The translations under genes were made by a program, and so were the position numbers. 64,000 nt of DNA from Candidatus Kryptoniota bacterium (GTDB taxonomy: Bacteria; Bacteroidota; Ignavibacteria; Kryptoniales; JAKASW01). Shown here one piece after another: positions 10,295 to 19,809 of this stretch (the stretch's first letter is position 1; each line of letters starts with the position of its first letter). The notes beneath the pieces are model-generated. The model saw only the letters and a program-made list of their open reading frames with translations, searched no databases and was not told where the DNA came from. The DNA lies in the NCBI GenBank assembly GCA_046706745.1, contig JBJKPC010000010.1, positions 27,139 to 91,138 of the forward strand, written 5' to 3'.

Positions 10295-11800
10295 ATGAAG
10301 AACAATCCATTGTTCCCACCTACCATCTTCGCTATCTTCGGAGGGCTGGGCGACCTCGCCTGGCGAAAGTTAGTTCCCGCGATCTACGACCTCTCTGAAG
10401 ATCGCGGCCTCCCGTCGGATTTTGCCATCATCGCAGTCGATCGCCTAAACAACAGCGACGCCAAATTGCGCAACCGTCTTCATGAAGGAATAAACAAGTT
10501 TTCGCGCCATGGAAAAGTGAAGGCCGGCGATTGGAGCGACTTTGCGAAGCACATCCGATATCTTCAGGGAGATTTCGAAAAGCAGCAGACATACTCATCG
10601 CTTGGCGAACTCTGCGGACAACTTGAGAAAACCTGGGGTGCCAAAGCCGAACGCATATTTTATATGGCGACCCCGCCGATGATGTTCGGGAAAATCCCGG
10701 TCCACCTCGGTCAGGCAGGGTTGGCGCGGGATCGAAAGCATGCAAGGCTCGTTGTCGAAAAACCTATCGGCTACGATCTGGGCTCGGCAGTCGAACTGAA
10801 TCGGACATTGGGTGAGCACTTCGATGAAGGCCAGATATACAGAATCGATCACTACCTCGGCAAGGAAACGGTACAGAACATTCTCGCGTTTCGGTTTGCC
10901 AATCCCCTCTTTGAGCCAATCTGGAACCGTCGATACATTGAAAGCGTCACAATCACTGTAGCGGAAACCGTTGGCGTGGAACACCGCGGCGGGTATTACG
11001 ACCACGCCGGGGCCCTGCGAGACATGGTTCAGAACCACCTGTTTCAGCTTCTGTGCCTCGTTGCAATGGAACCGATGGTTTCGTTTGAAGCCGACGAAAT
11101 ACGTAACAAGAAAGTCGATGTCCTTCATGCCGTCCGGCTGATCAGGCCCGAGGAGGTTCACAAGTGCAGCGTTCGCGGTCAGTATGGAAAGGGAAGAATA
11201 GGAGGGAAGCCCGTGGCCGGCTATCGCAGCGAACCCGGCGTGGACCCGGATTCCCACACGGAAACATTTGCAGCTCTAAGGCTCTTCGTTGACAATTGGC
11301 GATGGCAAGATGTGCCATTTTACCTCCGCACTGGAAAACGCCTTCCGCGCAAAGTTTCGGAAGTATCGATTCAGTTCCGCGCTGTTCCTCATCAGTCGTT
11401 TCCGCCGGAAGCGACGCTCGATTGGCAAGCGTCGAGGTTGGTGATGTCGATCCAGCCGGACGAAGGGATTGTCCTTCGCTTTCAGGCCAAGTACCCGGGG
11501 GCCGAAATGCATCTGCGACCGGTCGAGATGAAGTTCAATTACAGAGGCACTTTCCGCCAGGCATCGCCCGAAGCGTACGAAACGCTCCTTTGGGACGTGA
11601 TGAAGAACGATGCCACTTTATTCATGCGTGCAGACCAGGTTGAGGCCGCCTGGAAAGTTCTGACGCCGTTGCTCGACGTGTGGAAAGAGACTCCTCCCGT
11701 TGATTTTCCAAACTACGCGGCAGGCACGTGGGGCCCCGAGGCCACGCAATCGCTGCTTCTAAAACCGGAACACCGTTGGCCTCTACCGATGGAATTGTAG
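10295..11800 (+). CDS. zwf: glucose-6-phosphate 1-dehydrogenase
   Basis: 501 aa with the signature RIDHYLGKE and N-terminal IFGGLGDLAWRKL. Starts 6 nt after gnd. Confidence 0.93.
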   Translation: MKNNPLFPPTIFAIFGGLGDLAWRKLVPAIYDLSEDRGLPSDFAIIAVDRLNNSDAKLRNRLHEGINKFSRHGKVKAGDWSDFAKHIRYLQGDFEKQQTYSSLGELCGQLEKTWGAKAERIFYMATPPMMFGKIPVHLGQAGLARDRKHARLVVEKPIGYDLGSAVELNRTLGEHFDEGQIYRIDHYLGKETVQNILAFRFANPLFEPIWNRRYIESVTITVAETVGVEHRGGYYDHAGALRDMVQNHLFQLLCLVAMEPMVSFEADEIRNKKVDVLHAVRLIRPEEVHKCSVRGQYGKGRIGGKPVAGYRSEPGVDPDSHTETFAALRLFVDNWRWQDVPFYLRTGKRLPRKVSEVSIQFRAVPHQSFPPEATLDWQASRLVMSIQPDEGIVLRFQAKYPGAEMHLRPVEMKFNYRGTFRQASPEAYETLLWDVMKNDATLFMRADQVEAAWKVLTPLLDVWKETPPVDFPNYAAGTWGPEATQSLLLKPEHRWPLPMEL

Positions 11801-12085
11801 ATGGACCGAGATTACCTTTGATTCTTCTCATTGTTTTTCATTGCAAGGGGAGTCTCCAACAATTCTAAGGAGTGGACGAGCGCCCTCGAAAAAGCATTCT
11901 TTCACCAGGACGGATTGACTCTTGTGCCGATTACTGAGAGGTACAACGGTAATCTATCCAACACACCTCCGGCTCGTGATCAGACTGGCGAAATCCCACT
12001 CGCCGGCAAAAAATCCACGGAAATCGGAATTGCTTTCGCTACTGATCTAATTATATTCTGAGGTCAGAGATAGAAGGGACTACAT

Positions 12086-14035
12086 ATGATCGGAAGACTA
12101 ATATTAGCCTGCCTGCTGCTTAGCACCTCCGTTCCAGTACCTGCACAACACGACTCGAAGATAAGTCCATCCACAGCTGCGTCTGCTCCACGGGGGGCCC
12201 CCGTCATATTCAAACATGATACGCTCTTCACTATTTACGGGCAGCTCGGACCATTTACTCCTGAAAACCGCGCCGACGCGATAAGACGAACGCTCAATGA
12301 GATTCTAAAAGAGAGACTTGTTCCCTCCAATTTGAGAATTGTCGATCAGCAGGGGTATTCGGCAATCACGCTCGGCAGCTTAACCATAATGGCGGTTACC
12401 GATAGCGACGCTGCTCCGCTAGGAAAAACAAGAGAGACTCTAAGTAAAAGCTACCGGGACATCCTGGAGCATTCGCTTGCGATAGCAATGACAAGGTATA
12501 CCCTGAAGAGTCTGCTTTTCAGTATCGGGTTTGTACTCCTTCTAATAGCAGCATCCGCCGTGCTGCTATTACTCATGAGAATATTCATTCCCAAGCTCTA
12601 TACTGCAATTGAGCGGTGGGAAGGGACAATTATCCGTCCGATAAGATTGAGAAGGTATGAACTTCTAAGTGCCGGAACCATCGCAGGCTTCTTCATAGTA
12701 CTCCTGAAAGGCGTCCGATTGGCGATAACGCTCGCCATTTTCTATTTCCTTATAACTTATACCTTATCTCAATTTCCCTGGACCAGGACCCTGAACGTCA
12801 GACCTGTACTCGTCGGCGTGTTCCTTGCAATACTTACCACTACATTTGCTTTCGTTGCATTCAATGCCATACATACTTTCTTCGGCACGTTGTCGAAGAA
12901 GATCGAAGGGTGGAAAGGGACCTTCATACAGCCGGTAAAGCTGAAAACCGTTGAAGTTCTTTCCGCCGACCGGATTGCCGCCATGCTCAAAGGAGCATCG
13001 AAGCTACTTCGCTGGGTCGCGACCGCTGCGCTCGTATACGTTTATATTTCAATCCTGTTCAGCTTCTTTAACTTCACGCGGACCTGGGCGGCCACACTGA
13101 TAGAGTACATCATCAATCCGCTCGCCAATGTGTTCGTATCGTTCGTCAAATATCTGCCACATCTATTTTTCATTCTGGTCATCATATACATAACCCGGTA
13201 CGCAATAAAATTTGTCAGGCTGATTTTCGATGCAATCGAGCGGGAGACTATTAAGTTGCCGGGGTTCTATGGAGATTGGGCCCTCCCGACCTTCAAAATC
13301 GCAAGATTTCTCATCATAGCTTTTGCTGCCATAATCATTTTCCCATATTTGCCGGGTTCTTCCTCGCCCGTCTTCCAGGGAATTTCAGTTTTCATCGGTG
13401 TTCTATTCTCGCTCGGCTCGACCAGCGCAATCGGAAATATCGTTGCGGGAACCGTCATTACCTACATGCGCCCGTTCAAGATTGGGGATCGAGTTAAGAT
13501 AGCAGACACGGTCGGGGATGTCGTAGAGAAAACCCTTCTGGTCACACGAATCCGAACGATTAAGAATGTAGACGTCACCGTCCCGAATGCAATGGTGCTG
13601 GGAAGCCATATTATCAACTTCAGCTCGTCTGCCTCTGAACGCGGACTAATCCTTCACACGGGTGTGACAATCGGTTATGACGTGCCCTGGGTAAAAGTCC
13701 ACGAGTTGCTTATCGCCGCAGCTGACGCGACCGGAAATCTCATGAAGGACCCGAAACCCTTCGTCTATCAGACGAGTCTCGATGACTCCTACGTCAGCTA
13801 CGAATTGAATGCTTATACTGACAAGCCCAACATGATGGCCGCAATCTATTCGGAGCTCCACCAAAACATACAAAATAAATTCAACGAGGCGGGGATTGAA
13901 ATCCTCTCCCCTCGTTATTCATCTATTCGTGACGGAAACATGACAACAATCCCTGAAGCATATCTTCCAAAATCCTATTCTCCTCCGGCTTTTCGTATAT
14001 TTCCCTGGGTAAATAATCCGGGGAAGAGCGGTTAG
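12086..14035 (+). CDS. mechanosensitive ion channel family protein (MscS-type core with extended multi-TM N-terminal region)
   Basis: 649 aa. Signal-like N-terminus, many TM helices, and a C-terminal MscS-like core (GNIVAGTVITYMRPFKIGDRVKI...GDVVEKTLLVTRIRT..N). Confidence 0.8.
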   Translation: MIGRLILACLLLSTSVPVPAQHDSKISPSTAASAPRGAPVIFKHDTLFTIYGQLGPFTPENRADAIRRTLNEILKERLVPSNLRIVDQQGYSAITLGSLTIMAVTDSDAAPLGKTRETLSKSYRDILEHSLAIAMTRYTLKSLLFSIGFVLLLIAASAVLLLLMRIFIPKLYTAIERWEGTIIRPIRLRRYELLSAGTIAGFFIVLLKGVRLAITLAIFYFLITYTLSQFPWTRTLNVRPVLVGVFLAILTTTFAFVAFNAIHTFFGTLSKKIEGWKGTFIQPVKLKTVEVLSADRIAAMLKGASKLLRWVATAALVYVYISILFSFFNFTRTWAATLIEYIINPLANVFVSFVKYLPHLFFILVIIYITRYAIKFVRLIFDAIERETIKLPGFYGDWALPTFKIARFLIIAFAAIIIFPYLPGSSSPVFQGISVFIGVLFSLGSTSAIGNIVAGTVITYMRPFKIGDRVKIADTVGDVVEKTLLVTRIRTIKNVDVTVPNAMVLGSHIINFSSSASERGLILHTGVTIGYDVPWVKVHELLIAAADATGNLMKDPKPFVYQTSLDDSYVSYELNAYTDKPNMMAAIYSELHQNIQNKFNEAGIEILSPRYSSIRDGNMTTIPEAYLPKSYSPPAFRIFPWVNNPGKSG

Positions 14036-14265
14036 GCGAGCGATGCTTACCACGTTCGGTATTGTTTATTTACACAATAACACACAGGCTTCATGAATGA
14101 AGGCAGTAAATGAAGCAGGTGCGCCTTAAGCCTTGCTTTTAACTAAGTCAAGACACCGCCCGGACTGGTAATTTAAAATTATTTTCACTTTGGATATATT
14201 TATTAGCAAAAGGACAACCCGTTGTGGTTATTGCGGCATCAGCACGACACGAAAAAGGACCTGCC

Positions 14266-14745
14266 ATGGAATCAGAAATAGCTGACCTAGTTAGAAATCT
14301 TTTCAGTCCACACGGAATAGAACGTCAGAAAGCCAGGCAGAAGATTGTTAAAATCGGCAGAGCTGCCGTACCATTTTTGATCGGCCTGCAGTATTCCAGG
14401 AACCAGCACGTACGGTGGGAAGTCATAAAAGCGCTCAGCGAGATCGCTCATCCAGATGCCATTCCCATCCTCGTCAACGCATTGGAGAACTGCAGCGCGG
14501 ACGTGCGGTGGTTAGCTGCTGAGGGACTAGTTGAAATCGGGGCTCTATGCGTACCAGCTCTGATGGAGGCTCTGGAGGAACGTGGCGACTCAGTCGTACT
14601 TAGGGAAGGGGTCCACCACATTCTCAGCGAACTCAAGCGTCAGGGTCGTTTTGAGGATTCGCACGGGATAATCGGAATGCTCAGAGATTCATCTAAGGTG
14701 GCACAGCTACGCCCGACAGCAGCAGTCGTGCGCGCACAAGAGTGA
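14266..14745 (+). CDS. HEAT-repeat protein
   Basis: Repeated HEAT-like units (VRWEVIKALSEIAHPDAIPILVNALEN.SADVRWLAAEGLVEIG). I prefer ATG 14266, preceded by AAGGA, over the listed GTG at 14224. Confidence 0.6.
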   Translation: MESEIADLVRNLFSPHGIERQKARQKIVKIGRAAVPFLIGLQYSRNQHVRWEVIKALSEIAHPDAIPILVNALENCSADVRWLAAEGLVEIGALCVPALMEALEERGDSVVLREGVHHILSELKRQGRFEDSHGIIGMLRDSSKVAQLRPTAAVVRAQE

Positions 14746-14865
14746 GACTTGCCAACCTGGTTCCGAATCGTATTGAAGACTTCACTAGAGCCGCAACGGA
14801 CGGCGGGTAAATCCTCTATGCAACCAAATGCTTCGTTCATAAATGCAAAACAGCCCGACAAGAGC

Positions 14866-15903
14866 TCATAGACAGCCGCACGACTTGCGTACCGTGAGCT
14901 CAGTTTGGACGAGAAGTTTCCTACCCGGTTTCTCCCTTCCTTCGACCTCCGCGATCAGAGCCTCCGCTGCAGTCTTCCCGATTTGATATGCTGGCTGGCG
15001 TATGGTCGTCAACGGGCTGAAGACAAGCTCGGCCCGGACATCGTCTGACATTCCAACAATAGCAACGTCTTGTGGAATTCTTAACCGATGCTCCTGAATG
15101 GCTTTCATTGCGCCGAAGGCTGCCGGGTCGTTGACTGCCACAACGGCATCCGGTCTGCGGCGTGGAGGCATCTGAAGAAGTTTCTCCATGGCGAGATACC
15201 CCCCTTTCTCGTGAAAGCCCGATTGCACGACAAGTTCAGCTCTGTAAGGTATGTTGTTCCGGGTCAGGGCCTTGCGGTAGCCTTTGAGTCTCCCTCTCCC
15301 GATCGACACACTGGAAGGCCCGCTGAGATGAGCGATTATATTGTAACCGTGCCCGATCAGATGTTCAGTAATCCTCGCGCAGCAGTCCTCATCATCTATA
15401 CCTACGCAAGTCGCCCCGATCTTCTCGACTACACGGTCGAAAAACACTATCGGAATGCCCAGACGAATCGCGTCCTTGTAGGCTGCGTGATCTGTAACTG
15501 TCTGCGCGGTGGAAATCAGCAGCCCATCCACTCTCTTTGATTCAAGCGTGTTTATTGCGTCCTGTTCACGGTTCTCATCTTCAGCTGTATGAGTCAATAT
15601 CAAATGGTAACCAGCCGAGTAGATCGCGTCTTCAATCCCGCGAATCACCTCAGGGAAGAATGAGTGGCTTATTTCAGGAACAACCACACCGATTGTCTCT
15701 GTCTTGCTAAGGGCGAGACTTCGGGCAATGTGGTCGGGGGAGTATCCGTATTTTCTGGCTGCTTTGAGGACTCTTGCACGGGTTTTCTCATCCACGTTTG
15801 GACGATTGTTCAAAGCGCGAGAGACCGTCATGGCAGACACCCCCAGCAGGCGGGCGAGCTTATGCGCCGTTACGCGCGACTGAGATTTCTTAGAAGTCCT
15901 CAT
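14866..15903 (-). CDS. LacI-family transcriptional regulator
   Basis: N-terminal HTH (VTAHKLARLLGVSAMTVSRALNN) plus a periplasmic-binding-protein-like sugar-binding fold. I prefer ATG at 15903 (MRTSKK...). Divergent from the arabinose locus. Confidence 0.85.
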   Translation of the reverse strand: MRTSKKSQSRVTAHKLARLLGVSAMTVSRALNNRPNVDEKTRARVLKAARKYGYSPDHIARSLALSKTETIGVVVPEISHSFFPEVIRGIEDAIYSAGYHLILTHTAEDENREQDAINTLESKRVDGLLISTAQTVTDHAAYKDAIRLGIPIVFFDRVVEKIGATCVGIDDEDCCARITEHLIGHGYNIIAHLSGPSSVSIGRGRLKGYRKALTRNNIPYRAELVVQSGFHEKGGYLAMEKLLQMPPRRRPDAVVAVNDPAAFGAMKAIQEHRLRIPQDVAIVGMSDDVRAELVFSPLTTIRQPAYQIGKTAAEALIAEVEGREKPGRKLLVQTELTVRKSCGCL

Positions 15904-16219
15904 TGTGCAGTCGTAATGAGCCAAGTTCTCTATTACTTATCATAGATTTGCTTTACAAGATAACATGGACGATGGAAAGTATGAACTTTGAAGCGAATCT
16001 TTGATGTGAATCGGATCAGGCCTGAATTAAAAGGCCCCCCTCTCGTCCTAAAAAACATATGAGCCTCCTTCGGATGTAAGATCAATAACTTCCGCGATCG
16101 GTTTGGATGGATTTAGTCATCTGCACGACACGAGAAAAGTGGATTATAAGTGCATTCTTCCTCAAGCGACCATTTTGCGCGAACGCACTCGAGCTCTAGC
16201 GAAGGAAACGCTCAAATGT

Positions 16220-16233
16220 TGTTATCGCTAACA
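16220..16233. promoter_or_regulatory. candidate LacI-family operator TGTTATCGCTAACA
   Basis: 14-bp inverted repeat with a central CG and perfect TGTTA/TAACA arms. It fits the general LacI/CcpA-type operator shape. It sits in the divergent region between the repressor and the symporter. Confidence 0.45.
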
Positions 16234-16521
16234 GTATTGTTTTTGACCGATTATGACTATATTAATCGCGATGTCTCTGACGGACAGAGAGCCGGTGTAG
16301 AGCATCCGCAGGAGTTCCGCCAAGTTTGAATGAGGATTTGCTAAGAACACGCCGGTGGTCCAGTGGCGTCGGAGAATACGGTTGTCCTTTTCAACTGAAT
16401 CCTGCCGGATTTAAATTCTATTTAACGCCCTGGCGCTTCTTGAAGCAGTAAGCACCCCTGTCAATCCCTAGTGAGTTGACATGAAGGTGGTTTTACCACA
16501 GATAATTGAAGAAGGAGAAAG

Positions 16522-18255
16522 ATGATCAACGCTTCTGGTCGGAGTATTTTCCTGTTCCTGCTTAGTTCAAAAAGTCTGTTGTCACTCAACTGGGTGGACA
16601 CGCTTGTAATCGCGCTCTACTTTGTGTTTGTAATTGGCATTGGCTTTTATCTGCTGAGGTTTACGCGGACAGGCGAGGATTTCTTCCTGGCGGGGCGCAA
16701 GATGAGCTCCTGGGTGGCAGGACTATCTTTCGTCGCGGCTAATCTCGGCTCACTCGAGCTTATGGGCTGGGCTGCCTCTGCTTATCAATACGGGATATTG
16801 GCGACACACTGGTACTGGATCGGTGCAATACCGGCAATGCTTTTCTTGGCGATTGTGATGATGCCGTTCTATTACATAAGCAAAACCCATTCGGTCCCGG
16901 GGTATCTCAAACTAAGATATGGCGAATCAACTAGCCTGTTGTCAGGGGTCAGCTTCGCCTTCATGACCGTTCTCATGAGTGGCATCAACATGTTTGCCAT
17001 GGCTCTCGTTATGAAGGTTATTCTCGGATGGAGCCTCGATTTCAGCATATGGATTTCTTCATTGACTGTGATGCTTTACGTCGTACTCGGCGGGCTGCTG
17101 TCTGCAATTTTCAACGAAGTGCTGCAGTTCATGTTGATTTGGCTCGGCGCTCTCGTAATTCCTATACTTGGCCTGATCGAGGCCGGCGGTTGGTCGGGAA
17201 TGGTCGCAAAGATCCACGCGAACTTCCCCGCAGGGAATTATACTCACATGTGGAGCACTCTCGGGTCTTTCAAGGACAATCCAATGGGAATCAACTGGAT
17301 CGGGATAGTCTTCGGTCTCGGGTTTATAATCTCGTTCGGTTACTGGACGACGGACTTCCTTGTGGTACAGAGGCTGCTCTCGGCCAAGGATCTTAGATCC
17401 GCAAAAATGGCGCCGGTCATCGGTGCGGGATTCAAAATGATGGTCCCGCTTATCGTAATACTACCCGGTCTTCTTGGACTTGCCGTTATGCCGGGACTCC
17501 TTCCGCAGCAGCAGGCGATAGCAACGGGAGGAAACAGCTACAACGAGGTACTGCCGCTGATGCTTGCAAGATACGCAGGCCCGGGGCTTCTGGGCCTCGG
17601 AATAACGGCACTTATTGCCGGATTCATGTCCGGCATGGCTGGCAACGTGACGGCATTCTCGACGGTGTGGACATACGACATCTACCGCCCGCTCCATATG
17701 AGATTCTCAAAGAGAGAGAGATCCGACGAGTATTACGTCAAAATGGGAAGATGGGCGACAATTATCGGCGTGATAATAAGTATAGGCACAGCGTATCTTG
17801 TGATGCAGTTCGCCAGTATCATGGATTACGTGCAGGCGTTGTTCAGCTTCTTCATAGCACCCCTATTCGGAACGGTGATACTTGGAATGCTCTGGAAACG
17901 GACTACGGGACCAGGAGGGTTCTGGGGACTACTCGCAGGAACGGTATCGTCGGTTGGCATGTATGCGTGGGTTAAGCTCGACCCGAGCGCCCTTCGGGTT
18001 ATCGCGCTTTCAAAGTATGCAAAGCCCATGGCGGACGACATGTTCCGTGCTCTGTGGTGCTGGCTCATTACGGTGATAGTCACAATCGTAGTCAGTTACC
18101 TAACCGCGCCGAGACCCGAAACCGAACTTGTCGGGCTCGTAAGAGGTTGCACGGAGATCCCGTCCGAAGGTGATTTGCCCTTCTACAAGAGACCCATTTT
18201 CTGGGCCGGTATCGTGTTCGCGGTCCTCATCGCACTAAATATCATATTTTGGTAA
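16522..18255 (+). CDS. sodium:solute symporter (SSF/SGLT-like), probable pentose/hexose transporter
   Basis: 577 aa with about 13-14 TM helices and an SSF-like organisation. Strong RBS GAAGGAGAAAG before the ATG. First gene of the arabinose locus. Confidence 0.85.
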   Translation: MINASGRSIFLFLLSSKSLLSLNWVDTLVIALYFVFVIGIGFYLLRFTRTGEDFFLAGRKMSSWVAGLSFVAANLGSLELMGWAASAYQYGILATHWYWIGAIPAMLFLAIVMMPFYYISKTHSVPGYLKLRYGESTSLLSGVSFAFMTVLMSGINMFAMALVMKVILGWSLDFSIWISSLTVMLYVVLGGLLSAIFNEVLQFMLIWLGALVIPILGLIEAGGWSGMVAKIHANFPAGNYTHMWSTLGSFKDNPMGINWIGIVFGLGFIISFGYWTTDFLVVQRLLSAKDLRSAKMAPVIGAGFKMMVPLIVILPGLLGLAVMPGLLPQQQAIATGGNSYNEVLPLMLARYAGPGLLGLGITALIAGFMSGMAGNVTAFSTVWTYDIYRPLHMRFSKRERSDEYYVKMGRWATIIGVIISIGTAYLVMQFASIMDYVQALFSFFIAPLFGTVILGMLWKRTTGPGGFWGLLAGTVSSVGMYAWVKLDPSALRVIALSKYAKPMADDMFRALWCWLITVIVTIVVSYLTAPRPETELVGLVRGCTEIPSEGDLPFYKRPIFWAGIVFAVLIALNIIFW

Positions 18256-18268
18256 GGAGTTGGGCGCA

Positions 18269-18502
18269 ATGGAAGAGAATCAAGGAATTTCGATCTGGTT
18301 TTTTATCGGTACTTTGCTGACGCTTTACGGGATAATCATTACAGCCGCCAACATCTATGAGGCATTTGTACCGAGCTTCGGAAGGAGAACTGTACTCGAA
18401 GGGGCACACTTCGGGATTTGGTGGGGTATTCTCCTGATAATCCTCGGGCTTGTCTATTTTATAGGATTCCGGCCCTGGAAAAAACCCAAGGAAGGATCCT
18501 GA
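18269..18502 (+). CDS. small two-TM membrane protein, translationally coupled to the symporter
   Basis: 77 aa counted from ATG 18269. An AAGGAG RBS overlaps the symporter stop codon. Two clear hydrophobic helices. Confidence 0.6.
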   Translation: MEENQGISIWFFIGTLLTLYGIIITAANIYEAFVPSFGRRTVLEGAHFGIWWGILLIILGLVYFIGFRPWKKPKEGS

Positions 18503-18559
18503 GTCGCTAGCCGGGTGCCGACTCCGACCGGAAACGAACCAGAATACAGGAGCAAAGAC

Positions 18560-19702
18560 ATGAAGGGCATTGTCTTATTCGTTCTCAGCATAGTTGTAAT
18601 ATCTTCGACTGCACGCAGTCATCCAGTCAAAAAGGGAGGAAAGATGATTGAAAAGGAAGCTTTTGGGAAGCTCCCCGACGGACGTGAAGCATATCTCTAC
18701 ACCCTCAGGAATGAAAATGGGATGATAGTCAGGGTAACAAATTTCGGCGCAACAATTCAGTCGATTATCGTGCCGGGCAAAGACGGCAAGTATGCCGATG
18801 TAACTTTTGGATACGATAACGTGCAGGGCTACCTTAACGGTACGCAGTTCTACGGAGCGACGATCGGTCGCTACGCGAACCGCATAGCGAAAGGCACCTT
18901 CACACTGGACGGCAAGACTTACCACGTCCCGATCAACAACGGCCCAAACAGCCTTCACGGCGGTCCTAACGGATTCTACAAGAAACTCTGGGATGCTGAG
19001 CCGATGGAGACAAAGGAAGGGCCTGCGATTAAACTCACATACGTCAGCAAGAACGGGGAAGAGGGCTATCCCGGGACTTTGACTGCCACGGTCACGTTCA
19101 CGCTTGAAGAAGAAAACGCCCTTCGCATTCACTACACCGCTACTACAGACAAACCTACGGTAGTCAATCTCACCAACCACAGTTATTTTAATTTGAGTGG
19201 TAATCCCGACAAGAAAATCACCGATGAGGAGCTGCGGATAAATGCCGATTATTACACTCCTGTCGACTCCACCCAGATACCGACCGGGAAGATTGCACCG
19301 GTGGCTGGAACCCCGATGGATTTCCGCAAGCTCTCCATTATCGGTTCCCGTATTGATGAAGATAACGAACAACTGAAGACGGGTCATGGATACGATCTGA
19401 ACTGGGTGCTCAACGACTATCATGGAGAAATCCGCAGGGTAGCAGAGGTATACGATCCTTACAGCGACAGACTTCTCGACGTTTATACCGACCAGCCTGG
19501 CCTGCAGTTCTATAGCGGAAACTTCCTTGACGGATCACAAACTGGTAAGCAAGGCACTGTCTATAAGTTCAGAACTGCCCTTTGTCTCGAGACACAGCAT
19601 TTTCCGGATTCGCCAAACGAACCAAAATTTCCGTCAACCACACTTCTCCCGGGACAGACTTACCAAACAACGACTATATACAAATTCTCTGTCAGACGGT
19701 AA
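18560..19702 (+). CDS. galM: aldose 1-epimerase (galactose mutarotase)
   Basis: Mutarotase-like sequence (NFGATIQSIIVP.KDG, GRYANRI, NGPNSLHGG, ETQHFPDSPN). ATG 18560 (RBS AGGAG) adds a signal-like peptide. A second ATG at 18644 (RBS GGGAGG) would give a cytoplasmic form. Confidence 0.85.
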   Translation: MKGIVLFVLSIVVISSTARSHPVKKGGKMIEKEAFGKLPDGREAYLYTLRNENGMIVRVTNFGATIQSIIVPGKDGKYADVTFGYDNVQGYLNGTQFYGATIGRYANRIAKGTFTLDGKTYHVPINNGPNSLHGGPNGFYKKLWDAEPMETKEGPAIKLTYVSKNGEEGYPGTLTATVTFTLEEENALRIHYTATTDKPTVVNLTNHSYFNLSGNPDKKITDEELRINADYYTPVDSTQIPTGKIAPVAGTPMDFRKLSIIGSRIDEDNEQLKTGHGYDLNWVLNDYHGEIRRVAEVYDPYSDRLLDVYTDQPGLQFYSGNFLDGSQTGKQGTVYKFRTALCLETQHFPDSPNEPKFPSTTLLPGQTYQTTTIYKFSVRR

Positions 19703-19809
19703 CATTTCCTTTCGAGGGGGTGTTGCATGACGTCGAAAGTGGAGCACTTGGGGGTAACGATGACCCGAGGTTGTCGCCCCGAGTGCTCGATTATTTTTGA
19801 GAGGGACGA

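Noticed and set aside
11831-12061. 76-aa plus-strand ORF in the zwf-mscS spacer
   Set aside because: It has a non-ATG (TTG) start, no internal Met, no RBS and no recognisable features.
18575-19423. 282-aa minus-strand ORF inside galM
   Set aside because: It is a shadow ORF of a well-supported mutarotase gene, with no RBS or motifs.
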